From: a virus | Virus record (IMG/VR): IMGVR_UViG_3300013308_000002 | Location: 1-64,000 of that record | Strand: one strand, 5' to 3' | Length of the DNA: 64,000 nt | Shown here: positions 45,493 through 55,693 of the stretch, one piece after another | How positions within the stretch are numbered: the stretch's first letter is position 1 | Layout: each line of letters starts with the position of its first letter | The notes under the pieces: generated by a model | The model's input: only the letters and a program-made list of their open reading frames with translations | Database searches by the model: none | Told to the model about the DNA's origin: nothing | Program-made: the position numbers and the translations under genes

Positions 45493-46194
45493 CTACTTTT
45501 TCTTGGGTTTTTTCGCTTTTGGTGTGGCGATTTTAGCTTCTTTGAATTCGAACACGCTGAAGCTTTCCGGAAGTGACTCGCCAGCGGCCAGACGCTCCTT
45601 AACGAATGACGTAAGTGTCATCGGGTGTACGTTGCGATCCAACGATCCCATGAAACCGGCATCTTGCAACGCCTTTTGGGCCTTCTTGGCATCTTCCATT
45701 TCGCCCTTGCCGAACTCGGCCAGAACTTTGGTTTTGATGATGCCGTCATACTCGTGCTCTTCAAGCCACTTGAATGCTTCAGGACGGTTAACTTCGCTGA
45801 TGGAAGCGTTGACCTTATCCAAAATGGATACGACCGCGCCGGACTCCATTTTGACTTCGGCCATGCCGAGTTCGGACATGATTTCAGGGAGTTGCACGCG
45901 TACGATCTTTTTGCGCGCCTCTTCCTTTTCTGCCAGCTCAACCGACAGCGTGTCGATTTCACCAGAAAGCGTCTCTGCCGACTTCACCAGCGCGGCTACA
46001 CGCTCCATCGTCGTAAGGGCGATGCCTTCGGAAAGATCCTCCAGGCCGTCCCAGTAATCGATCCCGGAACCATCGCCGAGGTGGCCTGTAACATCGCCGG
46101 CCTGGCTTTCGTCGGAGCTAGGCCCAGGGATAGCCGCGACGTTAATCGGCGCCTCTACCAAGTTACCATCCGCACCTACAACAACCTTACTCAT
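45493..46194 (-). CDS. hypothetical protein (233 aa, C-terminal KKPKKK)
   Basis: ORF with protein-like composition. Confidence 0.55.
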   Translation of the reverse strand: MSKVVVGADGNLVEAPINVAAIPGPSSDESQAGDVTGHLGDGSGIDYWDGLEDLSEGIALTTMERVAALVKSAETLSGEIDTLSVELAEKEEARKKIVRVQLPEIMSELGMAEVKMESGAVVSILDKVNASISEVNRPEAFKWLEEHEYDGIIKTKVLAEFGKGEMEDAKKAQKALQDAGFMGSLDRNVHPMTLTSFVKERLAAGESLPESFSVFEFKEAKIATPKAKKPKKK

Positions 46195-46532
46195 ACACGA
46201 ACCTCAAGTTGGATATAATCGCCCATCCGACGGTCCCACTTCAACATCTTGACGACGTCACGAGTCTTGAAGAGGATACCGGCGCAAATGGCAATAACGG
46301 TAGGGTCACCAACGGCCAACAAAAAGTCGTCATCGGTGAAGTTTGCCAAAGCTTGTTTGGCCTTTTTGGTGACAGAATCGGCCAACAACAACATTTCGAA
46401 TTCGTCAACTACTTCTTTGAGCTGGCCGAGTTTCGCGGCTTGGCTTAAGTCAATTGCAGGCTTAAGCTTTCCTGTCTGGCGGTCTAGACGCCGGACGATG
46501 TGCGGAATATATACGTTTGGCATGTTAGTCAC
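46191..46532 (-). CDS. hypothetical protein (113 aa)
   Basis: Overlaps the downstream gene by 4 nt. Confidence 0.5.
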   Translation of the reverse strand: MTNMPNVYIPHIVRRLDRQTGKLKPAIDLSQAAKLGQLKEVVDEFEMLLLADSVTKKAKQALANFTDDDFLLAVGDPTVIAICAGILFKTRDVVKMLKWDRRMGDYIQLEVRV

Positions 46533-46587
46533 GACCTCCTGGTTAGTGAGGTGATTATGCCGTAGCCCGAAGACTACGGCAAGTCTT

Positions 46588-48087
46588 TTATCGACGGTCG
46601 ATTACGATATCAGCAACTTTTGACTTCATCATGTTTGAACGATGAATGTCCTCGTCAATAGTATCGATGCCGATTAGGTCATAATATGTTACTGTGTTTA
46701 CAGTCCCAATACGGTGGTTCCGGTCCTCCGACTGCATTCGGTGCTCGTTATCGTTGCCGCAAGTATAGTAAATGCCGGTTTCCGCCTTGGTGAGTGTGAT
46801 ACCAATCCCAGCTGCGGCTGCGTGACCGATGAAGAACTGAATACGACCGGCCTGGAACTCATCGATGATGGTTTCACGCGTTTCGCCCGGTTTCGTCTTG
46901 CCATAGTAGAGCGCCGAAGTAAGACCGAGGCTATCGATGTGAGCCTTGATATCCAAAAGCTCCTGCTCGTAAATGGCCCAGACAATTACTTGCGCGTCCT
47001 GATCGATGCCGAGGATGGATTCAACAAGTCCCTTGAAAGCGGACATTCTAGGGTTGTCCTCCGGCGGGAGCATAACAGGCTCGCCGTAGATGTTGATGAA
47101 TCCGGATGTTACTTGCTTGAGCTTTGTCCGTGCCGCGATGGCTTCAAAAGAGACATCCTCCAGACTCCCTTCATTATCGAGGACGTAGCTGTAATCCTCT
47201 TTAATCTGGTCATAAATCTTACGCTGATTCGGAGCAAGTTCGAACTCCACGACCTTGTAAACCTTCGGCGGCAAGTCCAAGCATTCATCTTTACGAACTC
47301 GGTAAGAGTGCGGAGCGATCAAGTCCGCCAGACGGTCCAAGTTCTTCCACATCGGAATCCCCTGCTCATCTTTGGCAACTACTTGCGGAATGCCTTTAAC
47401 TTTCCCGCCCAACTTCCGCATAATAGCAATCATCTGCGGTGAGTCGGCCGTAAGCAAAACAGCATACTGCGAGTTGAAGGCGCGGAACGACTTAGTTCCC
47501 AATAGTCCTTCTTTGAGGAAGTGGTATTGCATAAACAAGTCGGTAGGTGCCTTGGTAATCGGCGTACCAGTCAAGATGCGGCGGGCAGTCGCGAGTTGAC
47601 CGAGTTTACAGACCTTCTGGGAGCGCTTGGCCTCCGGGTTCTTAATCCTAGTTGACTCATCGACGACCGCCATGCACTTGAAGGCCAGCAGGAAGCGCTC
47701 CAGCGCCTCATAGCCATTTGCCGAGTTCAACGCTTCGATATTGATGGCGAATACTCGCAGCGGAGCCTTACCAGCTTCGTAGTGAGTGCGGTACATGCGC
47801 TCGATATCGGCTTTGGCCTTCTTGGTGGTCGGAGTGCCGCGCCAGTAGTAAGTCAACGACTCGACTTCCAGGTGGGTTGGGATCTCACGACGGACCCAGT
47901 TAGAGTGAACTCCGTTCGGAGCGATAACAACAAGCGCTTCAATCTTCTTGGCAATATAGCAGCGCTCAGTATCTGCCAGCGTCAGCCAAGTTTTGCCGGT
48001 GCCCTGCTCCATAAGAAAGGCGAAGTTTCGTTTGCCATCGCAACGCTGCAAACCGACTTCTTGGTGGGCCATAGCTTTAGTTTTCAT
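46588..48087 (-). CDS. SNF2-family DNA helicase
   Basis: Motif I EQGTGKTW and motif II VVDESTRIKN. Confidence 0.85.
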   Translation of the reverse strand: MKTKAMAHQEVGLQRCDGKRNFAFLMEQGTGKTWLTLADTERCYIAKKIEALVVIAPNGVHSNWVRREIPTHLEVESLTYYWRGTPTTKKAKADIERMYRTHYEAGKAPLRVFAINIEALNSANGYEALERFLLAFKCMAVVDESTRIKNPEAKRSQKVCKLGQLATARRILTGTPITKAPTDLFMQYHFLKEGLLGTKSFRAFNSQYAVLLTADSPQMIAIMRKLGGKVKGIPQVVAKDEQGIPMWKNLDRLADLIAPHSYRVRKDECLDLPPKVYKVVEFELAPNQRKIYDQIKEDYSYVLDNEGSLEDVSFEAIAARTKLKQVTSGFINIYGEPVMLPPEDNPRMSAFKGLVESILGIDQDAQVIVWAIYEQELLDIKAHIDSLGLTSALYYGKTKPGETRETIIDEFQAGRIQFFIGHAAAAGIGITLTKAETGIYYTCGNDNEHRMQSEDRNHRIGTVNTVTYYDLIGIDTIDEDIHRSNMMKSKVADIVIDRR

Positions 48088-48518
48088 TAGAGCGCCTTGA
48101 GATATTCGATGATGTTCTCTTTGCCGAAAGCAACCAAAACCCTCTTGGATATAAGATCGTGAGGATAAAGGAGTTGGTCTTTTGTGTAGTCTTCCAAGTC
48201 AATGAACGGCTTGAGCAAGAAGTATACCGGACCGACTCTCAGCAGAACAAATGCATATCCATTCCACCCAGTTCGATGCGCGGCCATAAACGCAAGTTGG
48301 CCCTTTTCAAACTTGCCTTTGAGCGGGCAAGTTGTCGCTCGCTTAGGCCATTCAACTAAGGCCTTAAGTTCCAGCCAGAATACTACGCCGCTGCGATTGG
48401 TTCCGAGGACGTCCGGCATACCCTGGCCAAGTTGGTTTTCGATACGCTCCAACTTCAGACCGCCTACGCACGAATTCTTGAAAGAATCGTAGGCGAGTTG
48501 TTCTTTGAACTTTGCCAT
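48087..48518 (-). CDS. VRR-NUC domain nuclease
   Basis: PD-(D/E)xK-like GMPDVLG...FWLELK. Confidence 0.7.
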   Translation of the reverse strand: MAKFKEQLAYDSFKNSCVGGLKLERIENQLGQGMPDVLGTNRSGVVFWLELKALVEWPKRATTCPLKGKFEKGQLAFMAAHRTGWNGYAFVLLRVGPVYFLLKPFIDLEDYTKDQLLYPHDLISKRVLVAFGKENIIEYLKAL

Positions 48519-48520
48519 AA

Positions 48521-48724
48521 TTACCCCAGATATTCAGTCACGTCTTGCGCCAAAGGAAGTAGCTTAATCAATTCTTTGATTTGGTGCTCGGTTCCGGCTT
48601 CGATGATAAGAGACTTCCCCATATCCGTGACGGTTATTTTAGAGGAAGTTGCCGAAGACTTCATGCGCGTCAACTCTTCAAATTCTGCCAATGTAAGTCT
48701 GGTCTTCAAGATTGCAAGTTTCAT
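48521..48724 (-). CDS. hypothetical protein (67 aa)
   Basis: Small ORF between VRR-NUC and dnaE. Confidence 0.5.
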   Translation of the reverse strand: MKLAILKTRLTLAEFEELTRMKSSATSSKITVTDMGKSLIIEAGTEHQIKELIKLLPLAQDVTEYLG

Positions 48725-48726
48725 AA

Positions 48727-51687
48727 TTACCCCATATTGCTCTGGAATTTATCGATGTTGGCTTGTCGCTCCAACTCGGCTTTTGCGTCGGCTTCGTCTT
48801 TGGCAATCTTTGCCAGTGCCACTTGAGGATCAACTTCATCGACATCAATACGCTTGATGTTCTTGACGATATACATGCCTATATCCCGCAACTTCCAGCC
48901 CTTGACCAAGAACCACGAACCGTTTGGCGCGCCTTCCGCAATCGCCTTCCCCATCTTCGGGAAGTTCTCCGGACGGATACGGAAGCGCATAGGAGAGTCG
49001 CAAGAGTCATCGACCATCATCAAGTCGACGAACTGTGTCAACCCCTTCTTGACTTTACCGCCACGCTTCTTAACCCGGATGGCTTCGTTTTCGTCGGCCA
49101 AAACCTTCTTGGTGAGCTTACAGATCATCAAGCTATCGTCGCCATCCTTGGTCTCAGCCATACCTATGATTGGGCTGCCTGAAGTTACGCCGATAAGCCG
49201 AGGGTTGTCGTAGTAATGCCCCCATTTGGTGTGAGCTTCAGCCAGGTCGCTGAATTTCTTCTCGGCCTTCTCCAACTTCGCGGCTGCCTTCTGGAATGCC
49301 TCTTCGGCCTTATCCGACTCGCCGCGCTGTTCACGGAGGGTGATGAACTTAAGCGCCGTTACCGGGCCATATCCCTTGGCATTCATGATCCCGCCGACCA
49401 ACTTGCCGTCCACAGCCTGCCAGTTCAACCCGGATCGCTCCGGATCGATTGCGGTGTACGCAACACCTTCCTTATTCAACTCGCGAAGGATAGCGATTGT
49501 CTGCTCATCATCTTTGGCCGTGCGCATACACGCGGCTGCGAAGGCCAACTTGTGGTAGTGCTTTAACCAGCAAGTCCAATAGGTCACGACCGCGTACGAC
49601 ACGGAGTGGGACTTGTTGAATCCCCAAGATCCGAACGTCACCATTTCGTTCCAAATCTTTTTGGCCTGGTCTTCCGGAACGCCCTGGGAAGTCGCGCCGG
49701 CAACGAAGTCAGCGCCCATCACGTTGAAATACTCTTCGCCCTTACGGCCAGACATCGCCTTACGAACGGCAGAGGTCTTGACCCAGTCAAACAGGCCGAT
49801 TTCCTTTACCACGGACATGATCTGTTCTTGATAGAGGAATACGCCGTAAGTGTCCTTGAGATACTTTTCAAGTTGCGGCACGTCGTAAGTGATTTCCTCG
49901 TCGCCACGAGCACGAGCGATGTACTTCTGGGCCATACCGGAAGCCAACGGACCTGGCCGCGCTAGCGCCGTCAAGTTGTCGATTTTTGAGAAGCTGTCGA
50001 CAGTAACCGAACGCGCCACGGATCGAACGGCATCACCTTCAAACTGAAAGATGCCACTTACTTTATCACTATTGATGATTTCGAATACTGCCGGATCATC
50101 AAACTTCAAACCGTAAAGTTCATCGGCAGTCACTACACCGGTGTCTTCGATAATGCCGAGGGTTCGAAGTCCCAAGGCATCGATCTTCAGCAGGTTGAGA
50201 TATTCAGAGTCAGGCTTATCGATCTGCGCAACGCCTTCCGCGTTAATGGTGCAGAAGTCGGTGATTGGCTCGTTACATACCAGGATGGCCGCTGCGTGAA
50301 CGCCGGTGTGACTAGGGTGGATTTCGAGGTCGCCCATGCAGTCCGCTGCAGCCGGGTATTTCTCTTTGAAGTTAGCGCCTGGAGTGGTCCCTTCAAACGT
50401 ATCCTGCAGGCCCTTTCCGTAACGGGCGTCACCGGATGAATACTCAATCAAGGCGTTCTTGACGGAGAAAGTCTCATGCTGCGGAATGAGGAACTTCTTA
50501 CCGACCTGGGCCATCACCGACGCGGCCTTCAACGTGTTGATGTTACCCATCTTCGATACGTGGGCGATTCCGTACTTGGCTTGCATATATTCGAACACCA
50601 TATAACGCTTGGTGTCGTTGAAGTCGATATCAATATCCGGAAGGTCGGCGCGGCTGATGTCGATAAAGCGCTGGAAAAGAAGGTCAAACGGAATTGGGTC
50701 AACCTCGGTGATATCGAGGACGTAACAGATCAACGATCCAGCCGCAGATCCACGCGCTGGACCTACCAGCATATGGCGCTTTGCGTAGGCTACCAAGTCC
50801 GCTACCACCAAGAAGTAACTGTCAAACTCCTTGGCCTGAATCTGGCTAATCTCCTCGATGAACCGCGCTTCGTATTCCTCTGTCCATTCGGCGATGTGAC
50901 CACGGTCAAGACGGCTTTGCTGGCCGATACGAGCAAGCGCCACCAGATCGCCTTCGACCTTGATGAGAGGGGCTTTGTTGAGTTGGATGCCGGCCAGCTC
51001 GTCTTCGATGACGTAGGCGTTCTTCCAGGCGCTTTCGAACTCGTCGCGAGTCATGACGTGCTTGAGCGTATCGAACATCGTCCAGCACTCTTCGATAGTC
51101 CTCACGCCCTGCGAGTCGCGAACTTCCCAGGCATAGGCGTAGTTCTTGAACTTCGCCGAAGGCATATCGTTGAAGCCGGTCAGAACCATCGGCTTGCCAG
51201 TTTCACGGTGGCGCTTAACACCAGCAGCGGCCAGCAGGAACGATGATGGGTTGATATCGATATAGTCGAATGCTTCGTCCGGTAGAACGTCCAGCGCGCC
51301 ACCTGAGAAGCGCACGCAGCCTTCTACGGTCCGGAGGTCGCCGGGCGTAAGTCCTTTGTTCTGGACGCAGCGCGAGGTGACGGTGTAGAACTTGCGAAGG
51401 TCTTTGGCCAGAATCCAAGCCTTTGGAGTGAACTTGGACGGCTCGCCATCTTCGTCAAAAGAACGAATCGGAATTTCCATACCAAACATTGTCTGGATTC
51501 CGTGTTTAGCGGCCTCCTTCTCAAACTTAACATGACCCCAAGTTCCGGAGTCGACGATGGCCGCTGATTTGGCGCCGACCTCCTTGAGCCGTTCGAACAC
51601 TTCCGGCATACGTCCATAAACGTCCCGGTAAGTAAAACCAGTACGCACGCGAAGTTGCGGGAATTCTCTCATATCAGCTGAATGCAT
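48727..51687 (-). CDS. dnaE: DNA polymerase III alpha subunit (DnaE-type, PHP domain)
   Basis: N-terminal PHP-like region; GSAAGSLICYVLDITEVDP matches the DnaE GSxAGSLV.Y.LGIT.VDP motif. 986 aa. Confidence 0.9.
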   Translation of the reverse strand: MHSADMREFPQLRVRTGFTYRDVYGRMPEVFERLKEVGAKSAAIVDSGTWGHVKFEKEAAKHGIQTMFGMEIPIRSFDEDGEPSKFTPKAWILAKDLRKFYTVTSRCVQNKGLTPGDLRTVEGCVRFSGGALDVLPDEAFDYIDINPSSFLLAAAGVKRHRETGKPMVLTGFNDMPSAKFKNYAYAWEVRDSQGVRTIEECWTMFDTLKHVMTRDEFESAWKNAYVIEDELAGIQLNKAPLIKVEGDLVALARIGQQSRLDRGHIAEWTEEYEARFIEEISQIQAKEFDSYFLVVADLVAYAKRHMLVGPARGSAAGSLICYVLDITEVDPIPFDLLFQRFIDISRADLPDIDIDFNDTKRYMVFEYMQAKYGIAHVSKMGNINTLKAASVMAQVGKKFLIPQHETFSVKNALIEYSSGDARYGKGLQDTFEGTTPGANFKEKYPAAADCMGDLEIHPSHTGVHAAAILVCNEPITDFCTINAEGVAQIDKPDSEYLNLLKIDALGLRTLGIIEDTGVVTADELYGLKFDDPAVFEIINSDKVSGIFQFEGDAVRSVARSVTVDSFSKIDNLTALARPGPLASGMAQKYIARARGDEEITYDVPQLEKYLKDTYGVFLYQEQIMSVVKEIGLFDWVKTSAVRKAMSGRKGEEYFNVMGADFVAGATSQGVPEDQAKKIWNEMVTFGSWGFNKSHSVSYAVVTYWTCWLKHYHKLAFAAACMRTAKDDEQTIAILRELNKEGVAYTAIDPERSGLNWQAVDGKLVGGIMNAKGYGPVTALKFITLREQRGESDKAEEAFQKAAAKLEKAEKKFSDLAEAHTKWGHYYDNPRLIGVTSGSPIIGMAETKDGDDSLMICKLTKKVLADENEAIRVKKRGGKVKKGLTQFVDLMMVDDSCDSPMRFRIRPENFPKMGKAIAEGAPNGSWFLVKGWKLRDIGMYIVKNIKRIDVDEVDPQVALAKIAKDEADAKAELERQANIDKFQSNMG

Positions 51688-52237
51688 CGTACACCCCCAA
51701 CTTGCCGCAAAGTTCGTGAAGTAAAGTGATGTCGTCCATGGCCCTGTGCTTCTGGACGTAAGTCCCGCAGTACAGTTCGTATAGGTCTTGGAGTCTCATC
51801 CGTCGACCGAACTGGTGCATGGTTTGCTCTACCGTACAGCACGGGATAGAAGGGAAGCCAGACGCGGCGAAATCTCTTTTCGCACGTATGAAGTCGTATT
51901 CGAGCAGCGACGAGTCGAATGACAAGTTGTGAGCGACTGCCACATCAACGCCCAACCAAAACGTTTGAAGGCCATCGATGAAGGCGCCGAACGAAGGTTT
52001 GTCATCGAGGTGCTCGTTTTTCAGACCGGTGATCTTGGTGATGATTTCTTCCAGAGCGATTCCCGGATTGCAAAGGAACTCGTGGGAATCAAGGATCTCA
52101 ACGCCATCCGTAATGATGCCGGCAAATTCGATGATTCGCGGCTGCAGACCGATACTGGCCTCTGGGTGGACGGTGAGTCCTGTCGTCTCGGTGTCGAACA
52201 CCAAGAATTTTTTACGGTAAGGAATAAAGACGGCCAT
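51674..52237 (-). CDS. DEDDh 3'-5' exonuclease (DnaQ-like proofreader)
   Basis: Exo I motif VFDTETTGL. Directly downstream of dnaE. Confidence 0.85.
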   Translation of the reverse strand: MAVFIPYRKKFLVFDTETTGLTVHPEASIGLQPRIIEFAGIITDGVEILDSHEFLCNPGIALEEIITKITGLKNEHLDDKPSFGAFIDGLQTFWLGVDVAVAHNLSFDSSLLEYDFIRAKRDFAASGFPSIPCCTVEQTMHQFGRRMRLQDLYELYCGTYVQKHRAMDDITLLHELCGKLGVYDAFS

Positions 52238-52260
52238 TGTGGCACCTTTCTCTGGTTAAT

Positions 52261-52292
52261 AAAAAAGCGCCCATTGCGAGCGCTTTCCCTTT
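52261..52292 (-). terminator. terminator-like hairpin
   Basis: AAAAAAGCGC-loop-GCGCTTTCCCTTT. Confidence 0.35.
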
Positions 52293-52304
52293 ACGATCTT
52301 ACTC

Positions 52305-52823
52305 TTACAACGGCAACCCGTCAACGCCCAAGCGCACGATGAACTTGAGGTCGACACCGATAATGTCGCGAGTATCAAAGATCACGTAGTTGTACCGGCG
52401 GGAGTCTGCGATGTACTTGTTGGTGTGACTTTGGGTGACGACTTCCTGAGCAACGGCGATGTCTCGCTCGCGGAAGAAAACGCGGTATTGAGAAAGTTCA
52501 GCGGAAGTACAGTGCATGCCGATGTGGCTGACGGAGTTTCGAGCGGACTCGTTATCCTGCATCCAGTTTGGACCGTCCGTGTAGTCGAGGACTTCCAACT
52601 CCAACGGCTTGTCAGCGTGATGGTCGCCGCCGTTGCCGGCCTGGTAGTTGAAGTGTAACTCGGCAGTGCTCTCGCCGTCCTCACCGAACACTTCACCCTT
52701 TGCAATCACACGGTCGCTTACCCATTGGTCCAGACCGAGGGCTGACAGCAACTCGATTGCGCGTGGCGTGTCCGCGACTACGACGGCGATTTGTTCGATC
52801 TGGAACTTGCGTACTTGAGACAT
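52305..52823 (-). CDS. hypothetical protein (172 aa), possibly VOC/glyoxalase-like fold
   Basis: Weak resemblance only. Confidence 0.45.
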   Translation of the reverse strand: MSQVRKFQIEQIAVVVADTPRAIELLSALGLDQWVSDRVIAKGEVFGEDGESTAELHFNYQAGNGGDHHADKPLELEVLDYTDGPNWMQDNESARNSVSHIGMHCTSAELSQYRVFFRERDIAVAQEVVTQSHTNKYIADSRRYNYVIFDTRDIIGVDLKFIVRLGVDGLPL

Positions 52824-52883
52824 GATTTACTTCCTGAATATTGAGAGCGAATTATTGACTAATTTCAGTCGGTTAGCAACAAC

Positions 52884-53552
52884 TTATTTGCCGAATGGGA
52901 TGTCTGTTCCACCCATGTATTTCCAGGCGCCGGACTCCAGGATGTGAGCGATGAACTCGCCAATTGCTGCCGGCGGCGTTTCGAGGCCGTGGACAAGCGA
53001 CTTGCTTTGATATTCCTTCGCATATTCAGCCGTCCAGCCGCGAGTTTTGATGACGTTGGCCTCGATGTCCTTGGACATTTCAGTCCCTTCCAGTTTGTTC
53101 GGTGAGATGGAGAAGACGGTGAGGCCGTGAGTCTTCGACAGCTCGTGGGACATCTGCTTGGTAATCATCAAAGCTGCTGCCTTCGACGCGTTGTAAGCCA
53201 GACTGGAGGTCATCGGCATATGCGCGGCGTTCGATACGATGTTGATGACGAAACCTTTACAGAGCGTCAACGGCGCCAGCAAGGCTTGGGTCATGTAGAC
53301 CATCGAGAAGGCGTTGACCGCCATGACGTGGGGAAGGCTGCCGGCGATATCCGGGAACCACTCGTTATGGTTGATACCGGCGCAGTTGATCAGGCCGTCC
53401 AGCTGGCTGATGTCAGAGAGCCATTCAGAAGGGTTGGCGACGTCATGACCGGCCTCGATATCGTACGTGATTACGTCGTGACCGACCGCCAGCAGAGCCG
53501 TCGCGATTGCCAAGCCCAAGCCGTGCGACGAACCAGTTACCAAAATACGCAT
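52884..53552 (-). CDS. short-chain dehydrogenase/reductase (SDR)
   Basis: TGSSHGLG Rossmann motif and YNASK catalytic motif. Confidence 0.85.
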   Translation of the reverse strand: MRILVTGSSHGLGLAIATALLAVGHDVITYDIEAGHDVANPSEWLSDISQLDGLINCAGINHNEWFPDIAGSLPHVMAVNAFSMVYMTQALLAPLTLCKGFVINIVSNAAHMPMTSSLAYNASKAAALMITKQMSHELSKTHGLTVFSISPNKLEGTEMSKDIEANVIKTRGWTAEYAKEYQSKSLVHGLETPPAAIGEFIAHILESGAWKYMGGTDIPFGK

Positions 53553-53561
53553 GATGAATCC

Positions 53562-54431
53562 TTAATTGACTTGAATGTTGTGGGTATTGACGAGGCGTTC
53601 GCACATGGCGGAGTAAATCGCATCATCATGAATGGAGTCTTCATGTTTCAGGCCGCTCTTGATGAAGCGGGTAAGCTTGACGATTTTCAACTCGAAAAGA
53701 TGCCACATATGGAAGTCTTCCGGAGTCTTCAGAGTGACGCCGTTCGGGAACATCACCGCCATTAGAGCGCCGACCAATACCGCGTTATCCTTGTACAGCG
53801 CATTACGCTCTTTGAACGTTCTACCCATATCCAGAAGTATATCGCCAGCGTCACGCTCGCGGTTGGGCGGAGTTTCAAATGTTGACTTCTGGGTCGGTCC
53901 GTCTTCGGCGAACTCGACATGGCTCATCGGCGCCGGTGGCGGGATAAGCCCACGCTCATCCAGCACCTGTGCGGCGATACCAAGCTCGCGATACATGTCA
54001 ACGATGTCTTGGCGGTCGTCGTATGCCGCGACTACTTTGACCCACGGGGCCATCAGCTTGACTGCGACCGACCTTTTGAGTGATACGGTTTCTTTGTCGC
54101 TGCCGGTAGGGCGCATATGGATGGTGAAAGGAATTTTGTCTTTCGACTTTCGAAAAAGCACCCGTTGCAGCGCTGTGATGGACTCGGCCATATAAGAGAC
54201 TGGGCGAGAAGTATTGAATACGATATTATCGCCCGCATCGTGGTGCTTGAAGATCAAGCCAAGACTTTCCGAAAACGGCAAGTCATCAAACAGCATGTCG
54301 TGATAGAGTTTGAACTCCGACTGATTTTTTGTACCTTTCGTCGGCAGAAGGTGACGTCGCTTACGGTCGTCAAACACGCAACCGTCCAGATCAAAAATTG
54401 CGATTTTGGCACATAGCGATTCGTCAGCCAT
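53562..54431 (-). CDS. HAD-superfamily phosphatase with additional C-terminal alpha-helical domain
   Basis: Motif I IAIFDLDGCVF. The start overlaps the ThyX stop (TAATG). Confidence 0.65.
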   Translation of the reverse strand: MADESLCAKIAIFDLDGCVFDDRKRRHLLPTKGTKNQSEFKLYHDMLFDDLPFSESLGLIFKHHDAGDNIVFNTSRPVSYMAESITALQRVLFRKSKDKIPFTIHMRPTGSDKETVSLKRSVAVKLMAPWVKVVAAYDDRQDIVDMYRELGIAAQVLDERGLIPPPAPMSHVEFAEDGPTQKSTFETPPNRERDAGDILLDMGRTFKERNALYKDNAVLVGALMAVMFPNGVTLKTPEDFHMWHLFELKIVKLTRFIKSGLKHEDSIHDDAIYSAMCERLVNTHNIQVN

Positions 54432-55261
54432 TACATCGATTTCCCGTTGTGAGCGATTGGGTTTGCTTCGGCTTTTGCCGATGACCAGAATACTTTGCGG
54501 AGTTCTTCTTTCTCTTTGGAAAGGTCCATCCACGAGCGGAAGAACGGGCATTGGTAGATTGGCTGGACAGGATGGATCTCGCGGACTCCCACCACCTTAC
54601 CGCCCCACCGAGGGAAAGCGCATTGGCCGGTCGATACGCACGCAACCTGCAAGAGCGAATCGGTCCAAGGGTGTTGCTCTAACACCAGCTCACGGATGAT
54701 CCGGAAGGCATCCTGGTACTCGCCCTGGGTACGGGCGCAAAGGCGGTTCTTGGCCATATCGCTGAGCGTACGGAGGTTGAACTTGGCTTGGATCTTGGTT
54801 ACCATATTCGACGGGCAAACGGCACGGGCATCCTGAAGTTCGGCACCAGCCGCTAGCAGGCCTTTGTAATGGGCGTCGGCGTCGGCCATTGCGTCCATCC
54901 AGAGCATTCCGAGTGCGGTCGGTTCGCCGTCTGGATCATCGGTCCTGATGAACGCTTCAGGCATAACCGTAGCGGACATTACGTCGATCTCAAGAGCGCG
55001 GCTAGTCTCCTGCTGATACGCGCCAGTCCGTGTACGAACCAGCTGGTGCGTGAAGTTTTTGCTTACGCCTTCGATTTCGAAGATGTAATCGACAAACTCG
55101 AAAGGCGACTTGATGGTATCAAGCATATACGCCCAATGGTCGCGTTTTTCTTCTTCCGTCATGGTAGAAGGATCTTGGCCGCGCATACGAGCGGACTTGG
55201 TGCCAAGGAGAAGTTCCAAGGCGTTTTGCGTATGGCTGATGAGTTTGATTTTCATGGTCAA
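54431..55261 (-). CDS. thyX: ThyX-like flavin-dependent thymidylate synthase homolog (RHR motif altered to RTR)
   Basis: SPFEFVDYIFEIEGVSKNFTHQLVRTRTGAYQQETSR aligns with ThyX [32 protein letters not shown]. Confidence 0.7.
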   Translation of the reverse strand: MTMKIKLISHTQNALELLLGTKSARMRGQDPSTMTEEEKRDHWAYMLDTIKSPFEFVDYIFEIEGVSKNFTHQLVRTRTGAYQQETSRALEIDVMSATVMPEAFIRTDDPDGEPTALGMLWMDAMADADAHYKGLLAAGAELQDARAVCPSNMVTKIQAKFNLRTLSDMAKNRLCARTQGEYQDAFRIIRELVLEQHPWTDSLLQVACVSTGQCAFPRWGGKVVGVREIHPVQPIYQCPFFRSWMDLSKEKEELRKVFWSSAKAEANPIAHNGKSM

Positions 55262-55476
55262 ATATTCCGGATGATCGAAAAGCTTTTCTGGATGATCGAA
55301 ACCAAATCGATCAAGTCGTCACGGTCGGCCGATACGCCGTGCGTTTGAACAAGGCATACCACTTCATCGCGGATGGCGACCTTTTCCAACTCAGCCTCAT
55401 GGGCCTCGGCAATCATGAGCGTCGGATGGACGCTCATGTCGGAGCAACGAAAGGCTGTTACGGACTCAATTGCCAT
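55258..55476 (-). CDS. hypothetical small protein
   Basis: Internal ATG of ORF 55258..55677. Confidence 0.4.
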   Translation of the reverse strand: MAIESVTAFRCSDMSVHPTLMIAEAHEAELEKVAIRDEVVCLVQTHGVSADRDDLIDLVSIIQKSFSIIRNI

Positions 55477-55477
55477 A

Positions 55478-55693
55478 CTACACCCGTTGGACGCTATCAG
55501 CATCGGTACGTGGACGGTAAATTTCGAACGACAGGGCATTTGGATAAGCTGATTCGGCCATGCGCAACGCAGCATCAAGAGACGTGCCATCGGCGAATCG
55601 CTCCACCTCAGTTTCCTGATCGATGTACGCTGACTCACCAGTCGCCGGGATGATGATACTACGTTTGAGTACCGCAAGGATAGCGATAGTCAC
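55478..55693 (-). CDS. hypothetical small protein (71 aa)
   Basis: Small ORF between 55258..55476 and 55690..55884. Confidence 0.45.
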   Translation of the reverse strand: MTIAILAVLKRSIIIPATGESAYIDQETEVERFADGTSLDAALRMAESAYPNALSFEIYRPRTDADSVQRV

